A program made the translations under genes and the position numbers. From positions 1 through 46,706 of the forward strand of contig PIYH01000002.1 in NCBI GenBank assembly GCA_003601695.1: 46,706 bases of DNA. The letters are read 5' to 3'. A model generated the notes under the pieces. The model was not told the origin of the DNA, made no database searches, and was given only the letters and a program-made list of their open reading frames with translations. Each line of letters opens with the position of its first letter. Position 1 is the first letter of the stretch. Shown here in pieces: positions 8,541 to 16,817 of the stretch. Source of the stretch: Candidatus Bathyarchaeota archaeon. Lineage in GTDB: Archaea; Thermoproteota; Bathyarchaeia; Bathyarchaeales; DTEX01.

Positions 8541-8748
8541 TCATAAATCACCAATACAATGTAAACAGATAAAATATTTTTTAATTTCCCCCATTAGCCA
8601 CAAGACGGCTTCTCTATAAAAATTTTTCCACGACACAAAATGATCAAGATTCAGTTTCGCTTAAAAAGTTAACAGTAGCGGAAGCTAATAATGCTAAGAA
8701 GAAAACGTGATATCTTTAAAAGGCATCATGTCATTTTAAAGATTTAGA

Positions 8749-9315
8749 ATGAATCTTTCAGTTGAGAAAGAAAGACTCGCAAGCCTCGGATTAAAAATTT
8801 TCAGATTCTCAGAAATTTCAAAGATGAGAAATAAAAGAGGAACATACACGTTGATGATCTATATTAATTCACCGCTCTCACTGAAGATCGGAGGGTTAGG
8901 TATAGCTAATCTTAACACTGGCTACTATACGTATACGGGGTCGGCGCTGGGAAGAGGACCCTCCAGCCTCGCTGGGCGGATCTCCAGACATCTCAGATCC
9001 GAAAAGAAGAGAAGATGGCATATAGACTACTTGCTGAGAAACGGCGAATCGGAGATCGAAGCTGTTTTGGCGTTGCTATCTAGGAGGAGGCTAGAATGCG
9101 AGGTGAATCAACATCTAATAAGTCTTCTTAGACCGAAGATGCCGATTCTAGGTTTTGGTTCTTCGGACTGCATTAGTGGATGTAAAAGTCATCTCCTATA
9201 CTTCGGGAAAAGAGATAATCTGCTGAGCGAAATGGCAGAAATATATCTGCAGAGAGGGAAGGATAATGTTTTCGCGCTTCTTAAAGACGAAGCGTGGTCT
9301 CCAAATCGCAATTAG
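8749..9315 (+). CDS. DUF123-type GIY-YIG-like nuclease superfamily protein
   Basis: Motifs are 'GTYTLMIY...', 'GYYTYTGSALG', 'RISRHL' and 'RRWHIDYLL'. The start may be the internal Met ('MRNKRGTY'). Confidence 0.65.
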   Translation: MNLSVEKERLASLGLKIFRFSEISKMRNKRGTYTLMIYINSPLSLKIGGLGIANLNTGYYTYTGSALGRGPSSLAGRISRHLRSEKKRRWHIDYLLRNGESEIEAVLALLSRRRLECEVNQHLISLLRPKMPILGFGSSDCISGCKSHLLYFGKRDNLLSEMAEIYLQRGKDNVFALLKDEAWSPNRN

Positions 9316-9751
9316 AGAAGCTAGATTGAATGATCTGGATGAAATTTATAAAATTGAGACTGAATGCTTTGCTGAGGAAGCCTTCACCCGTATACAGCTC
9401 GAATATTGCTTAAGATCGCCGCTCTTCATAACGTTGATCGCCGAGATTAACGATGAACCAGTTGGGTTTATCATGGGGACTATCGAGGATATCAACGGTG
9501 AGATAAATGGACATGTCTATACGGTCGATGTGAAGCGTGAATTTAGAAGAATGAATGTAGGATCAGCGCTTTTGAAGTTCTTAGAAGAGGAGTTTCTCTG
9601 CAGAGGAGCGCGAAGAGCAGTGTTAGAGACCCGTTTTGACAACATAGATGCTATGAAGCTTTACTTAAAGCATGGCTATAGCCAAGTGGGAATAATCAAA
9701 GATTATTATGGTCCTGGTTTAGATGCCGTTAGGTTCAGGAAGGATCTGTGA
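9266..9751 (+). CDS. GNAT N-acetyltransferase, RimI/Ard1-like
   Basis: Motifs are 'IREARLNDLDEIYKIETECF', the acetyl-CoA loop 'KREFRRMNVGSALL' and 'LETRFDNIDAMKLYLKHGY'. The only in-frame start gives a 50-nt overlap with the upstream gene. Confidence 0.8.
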   Translation: MFSRFLKTKRGLQIAIREARLNDLDEIYKIETECFAEEAFTRIQLEYCLRSPLFITLIAEINDEPVGFIMGTIEDINGEINGHVYTVDVKREFRRMNVGSALLKFLEEEFLCRGARRAVLETRFDNIDAMKLYLKHGYSQVGIIKDYYGPGLDAVRFRKDL

Positions 9752-9883
9752 GAAAAATGGGAATAGCCTCTTAGATTCGGGTGTTTTTCCCAAGAATATC
9801 AGATTCAACAAATTCTATCTGCATGATTATTCTAAAAGAATAAAAAAGACAACTATATTCAGAAGATATCACTAAGCTATGAA

Positions 9884-11251
9884 TTGGAAAAGCTCATGAA
9901 GATGCATATAGGATTCGATGATACAGATTCTCCGCGTGGAGGATGCACAACATATATAGCGGCGATACTTATTGAACGTCTACATAAACTCGGCGTCTCC
10001 CTAATCGATTACCCAGAGCTAGTGAGGCTTAATCCTAATGTTCCATGGAAGACTAGAGGCAACGGAGCAGTCTGCTTCAGAATCCTATGCTCAGAAGATC
10101 TGCAAGATGAAGTAAAGGAACACGTTGTCCAGACGGTTGAGGAGCAAGCCGATCTAAGTTATAAGGGAACAGATCCAGGGGTTGTCTTCTTAACTGGCGA
10201 TGTTCCAAGCGAGATTGAAGCATTTGCTAAGCGAGTTATCACGGGACTTGTGACGAAAGATGAAGCCTTAACCCTTATCAGAAAGTATAAGGCTGAAGCG
10301 TATGGCTTTAAGAAAGGCCGCGGAATAATCGGCGGTTTGGCAGCTATAGGCGAACAGTTAAAGGAGGACTACACATACGAGCTGCTCTCCTACCGGGTTC
10401 CAGAAAATAGGGGGATCCCTAGAAAAATCAAAGAGTCATCAGTCGTTGAGATGGATAAGAAACTTGGAAATTTGGTCTTCAATAATGTTGATTATGAAAC
10501 TGGAAGAATTCTGATAACTCCAAGAGGACCGGATCCTGTCCTCTATGGCATAAGGGGAGAAACCCCGGAGGCAGTTAGGCGTGGACATGAACTCGTAGTC
10601 TCAGAGGAGCCTATAGAAAGATGGGTTATATTCCGAACAAATCAGGGAACAGATTCCCATTTAAAGAAAATAATCGCGATCAGTCAAGTTAAGCCATACA
10701 GTCCCGTCATAGTTAGAGGCAGAGTTTCAGAGGAGCCTAAAATCATTAAGGGAGGTCACGTAATCTTCAAGGTTAGAGATGGAATGGACGAGATTGACTG
10801 TGCAGCTTACGAGCCAACTGGTAGCCTTAGAAGAATAGTTAAGAGACTCATCATAGGCGATCTCGTTGAGGTTTATGGCGGAGTTCGCCCGCCTTCACAA
10901 AGCAATCCGACGACGATAAATATCGAGAAGATCAAAATCATTGAGACTGTTCCTCTCCTCATGTATCGTAATCCTCCCTGCCCCATCTGCGGGAAAAGAA
11001 TGAAATCTATGGGGAAGGGGAAAGGCTTTGAATGTAAAAGATGCGGCTTTCGTAGCGGAGACTTGAAAAAAATAGTTATTAATGTTAAGAGGCATCTAAA
11101 GCCCGGATTATACGTGACACCTCCTCGATCACAGAGACACCTAACAAAGCCTCTGAGCAGATATGGTCAAGAAAAGAGGAAGCCTCCAGACTTCATAGGA
11201 AAAACTATTCCATATGAAAAAGTGTATCGTTGCTATTATCCATCTGAGTAG
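9884..11251 (+). CDS. tiaS: tRNA(Ile2) 2-agmatinylcytidine synthetase TiaS
   Basis: Motifs are 'MHIGFDDTDSPRGGCTTY' and 'LVRLNPNVPWKTRGNGAV', plus the C-terminal zinc ribbon 'CPICGKRM...CKRCG'. The true start is probably the ATG at 9896 or 9902 rather than the TTG at 9884. Confidence 0.9.
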   Translation: MEKLMKMHIGFDDTDSPRGGCTTYIAAILIERLHKLGVSLIDYPELVRLNPNVPWKTRGNGAVCFRILCSEDLQDEVKEHVVQTVEEQADLSYKGTDPGVVFLTGDVPSEIEAFAKRVITGLVTKDEALTLIRKYKAEAYGFKKGRGIIGGLAAIGEQLKEDYTYELLSYRVPENRGIPRKIKESSVVEMDKKLGNLVFNNVDYETGRILITPRGPDPVLYGIRGETPEAVRRGHELVVSEEPIERWVIFRTNQGTDSHLKKIIAISQVKPYSPVIVRGRVSEEPKIIKGGHVIFKVRDGMDEIDCAAYEPTGSLRRIVKRLIIGDLVEVYGGVRPPSQSNPTTINIEKIKIIETVPLLMYRNPPCPICGKRMKSMGKGKGFECKRCGFRSGDLKKIVINVKRHLKPGLYVTPPRSQRHLTKPLSRYGQEKRKPPDFIGKTIPYEKVYRCYYPSE

Positions 11252-13023
11252 TTCTCGACCCATGAGAATTTTTTCTGAAGCGATTTTGGATAGTACATTT
11301 TCCAGTCGAAGCCTACCTTCCCACCCCAGCGGTAGTAGATCCTCGGGTCGATATAGCTCCTCAGTGACGTGTTTAGGTTGTAATCTCTTGTCTTCATCTT
11401 TGCGTCTATCCAGAGTTTCATCTTCTCTATGAAGGTGCGTTCCCGCTGCTTCAGCTTTGCCAGTCTCTCCCGAAGTCTCATTAATTGACCTCTATGCTTC
11501 TCCCTGAGCCTCCTGATGGATTCTCTCTGTTTTCTTATTCTCCTCCTTAGACTTCTTATTCTCTTCTCCAGAGTCTTCGTAGGCTTTCCCTCATTCTCCC
11601 TCTGAACTAGCTGGCGACGAGCCTCTTCAAGCTTCTTCCTCAATGATTCAATATTCGCCTCGTATCTTCTAAGCCTCTCGAGATACCGAAGCCGCTTCTC
11701 TTTAAGTTTCTCTTTGATCTTTCTTTCCTTCTCCTTCGCCTTTTCCATTCTCTCCCTTAGTCGTTCCCTTCGCCTTTCCAACGATGCCCTCCAGCTCTTT
11801 GGAATTTTACGGCGATGATTGCAAACTTTGGCGGCTTCAAGATTCGCTATCGTCGCCACATACTTCTTCACATATTCAGGATCCTCTCTTTTAACGGGGA
11901 TCTCCTTAAGCTTCTCTTCTACGGCCTTTGACGCATAGTAGGTGCGGAAAACTTTAGCTGAAAGTCCAGTTACTACTTCGTCGAGGAACTCGCTGACTCG
12001 CTTAGAGTTAACTCCGTCGAAGATCGATGACTTAGCATTTGCTGAAAATTCCTTTAGATTTCTTATCACGATCTCCGGCAACTCTTCCTTGAAGACGTGT
12101 GGAACGGAGTCTTTTCCTAAGAATTTGAAGACAACTCTCCCATCATCGCCGAATTTTATGTGTTCAGGCCGAAGAGTTGAAGCTCCTACAGTATCAGCCT
12201 CATCGGGATCCTTTTCATCGCCCACCCGAATCTTAAGTATGTCGATCAGGTAGCATACGGTTGCTATCTTTCTTCTTAAGGGATCCTCCGCGTCTAAATT
12301 CTTCATTATGTGCTTCTTTATCTTCTCTATATTATGCTTGAGCTCTATAGCTTTGTTGAACTTCTCAATCTCTCTCTTCTGTTTAGGCTCGCTGTTCTCA
12401 GCGAGCCATACATACTTCATCTTTCCGGAGAGCTTATCTCTCCACCGAGCGATCCACATTACATCGGATCTCCACACTATAGCTTTCCAGTTTCCCGGAG
12501 GTCTAGGAGCATCTGGTGAAAGATTGAGCTCTATATCCTCTTCGCTTGGCCCCTCTTTCCATCTTCCACGTTTAGGATGTTTTCCGCGTCCGATAAATAT
12601 ACAAGAGGGCTCAACCGTGTAATTGCTAACCTCCACTCTGACGCCGTCAACTATTGCATAGCCATACTTCTTCTTGTTATCTTCCCTCAGCGCTTTCCTT
12701 TCCTCTCTCAGGCGTTTTTTCTCTTCTCTAGTTAGGCTCTCTTTCCATCTCCTCTCTTTCTCCACATACTCTATTATTTCGGAGAAGTCGAAGTCTTCAG
12801 GCTTAAGTTTCTCGCTGATCCTCAGAGCTTTACGGAAATCCTCGAAGAAGTTTCGAACAAATACTTTATCGTTAACGTATTCAGTTCCCATCTTCTTAAC
12901 CCAGGCGATCGCCATCTCCTCTTGTTTCGGAGTTAAATGTATCCTTTTACCTTTAACTGATATGCAGAGCTCCTTCCACTCATATTTCGGGATTAGAACC
13001 CCATTATGGATAAGCTGCTTCAT
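11236..13023 (-). CDS. top1: Eukaryote-type DNA topoisomerase IB
   Basis: All catalytic landmarks appear in order: 'GASTLRPEHI' (Arg), 'FLGKDSVPH' (Lys), 'KVFRTYYAS' (Arg), 'VCNHRR' (His) and 'LNTSLRSYIDPR' (Tyr). There is an N-terminal 'NGVLIP' DNA-binding region and a long R/K/E coiled-coil linker. Confidence 0.93.
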   Translation of the reverse strand: MKQLIHNGVLIPKYEWKELCISVKGKRIHLTPKQEEMAIAWVKKMGTEYVNDKVFVRNFFEDFRKALRISEKLKPEDFDFSEIIEYVEKERRWKESLTREEKKRLREERKALREDNKKKYGYAIVDGVRVEVSNYTVEPSCIFIGRGKHPKRGRWKEGPSEEDIELNLSPDAPRPPGNWKAIVWRSDVMWIARWRDKLSGKMKYVWLAENSEPKQKREIEKFNKAIELKHNIEKIKKHIMKNLDAEDPLRRKIATVCYLIDILKIRVGDEKDPDEADTVGASTLRPEHIKFGDDGRVVFKFLGKDSVPHVFKEELPEIVIRNLKEFSANAKSSIFDGVNSKRVSEFLDEVVTGLSAKVFRTYYASKAVEEKLKEIPVKREDPEYVKKYVATIANLEAAKVCNHRRKIPKSWRASLERRRERLRERMEKAKEKERKIKEKLKEKRLRYLERLRRYEANIESLRKKLEEARRQLVQRENEGKPTKTLEKRIRSLRRRIRKQRESIRRLREKHRGQLMRLRERLAKLKQRERTFIEKMKLWIDAKMKTRDYNLNTSLRSYIDPRIYYRWGGKVGFDWKMYYPKSLQKKFSWVENYSDG

Positions 13024-13203
13024 GGACTTCTTCTCTCAGTTTTCTAAATAACTCCGTATCTCTTATAATTGAGAATAATTAAGCGTTTCTTCATGAAGAT
13101 GCGAATTAACATATATTTCATCCACAAATCTTAATTGCTTAGAACACTTACCTCAAGCTAGAACAAAGATTGTTCTTTAACGAGGCTTAAAGAAAGAACT
13201 TGT

Positions 13204-13671
13204 TTGGGAGGCTTCAAATTGGATTCACACGCCTCAGCACGATCATTGGAGCTTAAGAACGATTCAAGGCATAATGAAAAAACAGCATCTAAAGGAAAAG
13301 TGATAATTATAGAAGATGACGTGGAGGTTCTTGAAAGCCTAAGTGAAGTTCTTACGTCTGAAGGCTACGAGGTTGAGACGGCGACGAGCGGTGAGGAGGG
13401 TATAAGGAAATGCAGAGCTAAACGGTTTTCTCTGGCACTACTTGATATTAAGCTGCCAGGCATGAATGGAACACAGGTTCTCGAAGTACTACATAAGGAG
13501 TTTCCCAGCATGGTGAAGATCATGATCACGGGATACCCATCTCTAGAAAACGCTGTAGCTTCGTTGAAGCAGGGAGCTGATGCATATTTGATGAAGCCGA
13601 TAAAACCGGCGAGTCTTCTGAAAATCTTAGATGAAAAGATAAACAAGCAGGCTTTAATGGAGAAAATGTAG
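13204..13671 (+). CDS. Stand-alone CheY-like response-regulator receiver
   Basis: Motifs are 'VIIIEDD', 'LALLDIKLPGMNG', 'KIMITG' and 'AYLMKP'. There is no output domain. The start may be the GTG at 13300 (preceded by 'aaagga') rather than the TTG at 13204. Confidence 0.85.
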   Translation: MGGFKLDSHASARSLELKNDSRHNEKTASKGKVIIIEDDVEVLESLSEVLTSEGYEVETATSGEEGIRKCRAKRFSLALLDIKLPGMNGTQVLEVLHKEFPSMVKIMITGYPSLENAVASLKQGADAYLMKPIKPASLLKILDEKINKQALMEKM

Positions 13672-13683
13672 GATGCGACGACC

Positions 13684-15147
13684 TTGAATGATGGAGATAG
13701 AATCCCTCAGGAGATAGTGAAGTTCTTCAAGATCTTTCCGGGGCAGACCTTGCTTATCAAGGGAAAGCCTGGAACCGGAAAGACGATACTGTCATTTGAG
13801 ATTCTAAAGGAGATATGCGAGGAACGCAATGGACTTTACGTCTCTACAAGGGTTAACCCGGAGAAGATCTATCACCTATTTCCGTGGATAAAGAATATAG
13901 TTACTGAAAGAAATGTGATAAATGCGACGCCTAAAAGGCTTCACGAAGCCTTAAGACTCTCGGGAAGCTTCCTTAACAGACCCTTTGGATTCGACGCCGC
14001 CCTGAACTTCTTCAGGATGCTTTATGAAGATGCTGAAGAGATGAATAATCCTGTAGTGGTGATTGACAGCTGGGATGCGATGCTTGGAAGTCTTAACCTT
14101 CAGAATAATAGAGCATCATTCACACAGAGCATATGCGATTTTTGTCATGAAACCAGAACTCATCTAATTCTAGTATCTGAAACGGATAGACTTGAGGATC
14201 TTGATTATATAGTGGATGGAATAGTGACCCTCCTAGATGTGGATATGCAGGATGTGAAAGATAAGCCATACGTAGAATATTCGAGATCTAGAACGCTGAG
14301 ACAGATAAGGATAGACAAGCTCAGAGGCTTAGAGAGGAAAATGAAGAGGTATGTATTTTCACTGCAGAATGGAAGGTTTAAGTACTTTCCACCAAGTAGG
14401 GATGTAAGAGTCATCGAAGCGGAACCCCTTCCGGACGTTGATGAGATGCACAGGTCAAGCGGCATAAGAGATTTTGACAAGATATCTGGCGGGCTGAAGA
14501 GAGGTGAATTAACGCTCTTCGTTGTGGAGGAAGGAGTTGGATTACGATATGTTCCATTTCTAGATCAGATAGCGATTAACCTATCATCTAAGGGCTTAGG
14601 AGTTGTCCGCCTACGCTCAGTTGGCTCCATATCTCCAGAAGACCGTGAACTTGAAGAGAGATATAATGGGATATATTCTTATAAGCCTGAATCTTGGATA
14701 ACTTGGCGCTTAGAGAAGCTCTTTCCTTCTGCTGAAGAGTACATGAATTTTCTCGAGACTGTTAGGAAGGATAAGGCTGACCTATTAGAGTTTTCACTTA
14801 TGGAGTCGAGGAAAGAATACCTTGTATTCTTAGAAAAACTGATGAGGAAACATTCTGGTATAGTTGAGATTCTCGGGTTAGATATATTTGAGATTCTTTA
14901 TGGTCCAGAGAATACCCTGAAGCTTCTGGATGAAGCGATCAGCAGGGCGCTGAGGAATAATGAAGCGCTTATAGCAATAGCTAAAAAGGGAATGAAATCT
15001 TTAGAGATGATGACTCAGCTCGCCGCCGCACGCTTCGTCTTTAAAGACATTCTTGGAAATCTGTTCATCTATGGAGAGCAGCCCAGAACTGGACTCTATC
15101 ACGTGTCATCTAGCAGAAATGGCATTCACCTAACTCCAATAGTTTAA
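13684..15147 (+). CDS. KaiC/RecA-superfamily ATPase, GvpD-like, with a degenerate second domain
   Basis: It has Walker A 'LIKGKPGTGKT', a Walker B-like strand 'PVVVIDSWD' and 'ILVSE'. The second half ('GGLKRGELTLFVVEEGVGLRY') repeats the fold outline without a P-loop. Confidence 0.72.
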   Translation: MNDGDRIPQEIVKFFKIFPGQTLLIKGKPGTGKTILSFEILKEICEERNGLYVSTRVNPEKIYHLFPWIKNIVTERNVINATPKRLHEALRLSGSFLNRPFGFDAALNFFRMLYEDAEEMNNPVVVIDSWDAMLGSLNLQNNRASFTQSICDFCHETRTHLILVSETDRLEDLDYIVDGIVTLLDVDMQDVKDKPYVEYSRSRTLRQIRIDKLRGLERKMKRYVFSLQNGRFKYFPPSRDVRVIEAEPLPDVDEMHRSSGIRDFDKISGGLKRGELTLFVVEEGVGLRYVPFLDQIAINLSSKGLGVVRLRSVGSISPEDRELEERYNGIYSYKPESWITWRLEKLFPSAEEYMNFLETVRKDKADLLEFSLMESRKEYLVFLEKLMRKHSGIVEILGLDIFEILYGPENTLKLLDEAISRALRNNEALIAIAKKGMKSLEMMTQLAAARFVFKDILGNLFIYGEQPRTGLYHVSSSRNGIHLTPIV

Positions 15148-15264
15148 TCTTTCATTTCATAAGTCTTCCTGATATTATGTGGAAAAGAAAACGCTTTAAT
15201 CGTTGCTTTAGGATGTATTAAGAGATAAAAGGAATCATGACAAACGAGAGGAGAAATATAAGAG

Positions 15265-15627
15265 ATGAGTAATGAAATTAAGCTTCCGCCAGCCGTTCAG
15301 GAAAGGTTGCTGAGGCTTCAGCAGCTACAGCAGACCCTTCAGAGCCTTCTTGCTCAGAAGCAACAAGTTGAACTTGAACTTCTGGAGGTCGATAGAGCTT
15401 TAGAGGAACTTAAGAAGACGCCGGATGATGAAGTCATCTATAAATCCGTCGGCTCAATTTTAGTAAAGACTCAAAAATCAAAGATTACTAAAGAACTTGC
15501 TGAGAGAAAGGAATTAGCGAACATGAGGATTTCGGTCCTCGGAAAACAGGAGGAGAGAATAAGAAGCCAGATAAAGGAGCTGAATGAGAAGCTCCAGAGG
15601 GACCTTCGTCCATTATCGCCGCGTTAA
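15265..15627 (+). CDS. pfdB: Prefoldin beta subunit
   Basis: It is 120 aa with two coiled-coil arms flanking the hairpin region 'VIYKSVGSILVKT'. It also has 'LQQLQQTLQSLLAQKQQVELEL'. Confidence 0.85.
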   Translation: MSNEIKLPPAVQERLLRLQQLQQTLQSLLAQKQQVELELLEVDRALEELKKTPDDEVIYKSVGSILVKTQKSKITKELAERKELANMRISVLGKQEERIRSQIKELNEKLQRDLRPLSPR

Positions 15628-15801
15628 AACTGCTTCAAAAGCCTTCACATGCCTCGTTATTTACTAGTCTAATTAACTACCTCAGGTTTGACGAAGCCTT
15701 AAACGTGAATTCTGGTGGATGAATAGAAGCCTCCAGAGAATAGGCTTATAGAAAACTGTTAAACGTCACTGCATCTTTAAATTGAAGATGAGAGGATACA
15801 G

Positions 15802-16797
15802 TTGTCGTTTCAAGATATCGTATCTTTAATTCACAGGGTTAAGCCTAGACATATTCTTCTTCTCTGTCACCAAAATGCGGATCCAGATGCGTTGGGATCA
15901 GCCTTCGCCCTTTCAAGGCTTCTGAAAAGAATATACCCCAAAGTTAAGGTCGAAGTCGCCTCCCCCGAAGGAATAAGTAAACTCTCCGAAGCAGTATCAG
16001 ATCTTCTGCCGATGAAGATTACGACGGATAATCCAAAATTTACAGCTAATATAATCATCATGCTGGATACGAATACGACTAAGCAGCTGGGTTTATGGGA
16101 AAACGATGTGAAGAAAACAGAGGCTCCGCTTGTGGTGATTGATCATCACGCAGCTCATCCGGAAACCGAAAGCATAGCATCCATCATGATCTGCGACGAA
16201 AACGCATCATCAACCTGTGAGATAATCTATAGGTTCTATGAGGAAATAGGCATGAAGCCGTTGAAGGAAGAGGCTGAAGCATTATTTTTAGGGATAACAT
16301 TCGATACTAAACACTTTGTATTGGCAAATTCTAGCACATTCAAGGTTGCTGCAGCCTTAGTTGATGCTGGTGTAGACGCTCAGAAGATAATCTCTAGGCT
16401 TACGCTTCCAACAAGTCTTTCCGAACGCATAGCTAGGCTTAAGGCTTGCAGAAGAATGCATCTCATCAGGATAAACAATTGGCTAATAGTCTTCTCACAT
16501 GTGAGTTCATTTCAGGCTTCAGCGGCACGTGCCCTCATTGGGCTAGGGGCGCATTTAGCATTAGTCTGCGGACAGAAGGATGATAACCTTCAGATAAGCA
16601 TAAGATCTGACATGGAATTCTATAAGAAGACAGGTTTCCATTTGGGAAGGGATCTTGCTAAACCTCTCGGAGAATACTTTCATGGAATGGGAGGTGGACA
16701 CTCAACAGCCGCTGGAGTTAATGGGATAGGCGATTATGAAGCAGTTGTTAAGCGGGCTTTGCGGATAATAAGAGAGAAGCTAAGAAAAATATCTTGA
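15802..16797 (+). CDS. DHH/DHHA1 phosphoesterase (NrnA-like oligoribonuclease/pAp phosphatase)
   Basis: Motifs are 'CHQNADPDALGS', 'MLDTNT', 'VVIDHH' and the DHHA1 motif 'GGGHSTAAG'. Confidence 0.85.
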   Translation: MSFQDIVSLIHRVKPRHILLLCHQNADPDALGSAFALSRLLKRIYPKVKVEVASPEGISKLSEAVSDLLPMKITTDNPKFTANIIIMLDTNTTKQLGLWENDVKKTEAPLVVIDHHAAHPETESIASIMICDENASSTCEIIYRFYEEIGMKPLKEEAEALFLGITFDTKHFVLANSSTFKVAAALVDAGVDAQKIISRLTLPTSLSERIARLKACRRMHLIRINNWLIVFSHVSSFQASAARALIGLGAHLALVCGQKDDNLQISIRSDMEFYKKTGFHLGRDLAKPLGEYFHGMGGGHSTAAGVNGIGDYEAVVKRALRIIREKLRKIS

Positions 16798-16817
16798 GGG
16801 TTTCTGATAAAGAGGAG

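Noticed and set aside
11420-11800. Purine-rich, repetitive-looking DNA (on the coding strand) in the topoisomerase linker, considered as a tandem repeat or microsatellite.
   Set aside because: I found no exact repeating unit. The pattern is explained by the Arg/Lys/Glu-rich heptad coiled coil it encodes.
13684-15147. Reading the GvpD-like ATPase as evidence for a gas-vesicle gene cluster.
   Set aside because: The window contains no gvpA/C/N/O/F-type genes or other gas-vesicle genes. The similarity is at the level of the KaiC/RecA-like ATPase family only.
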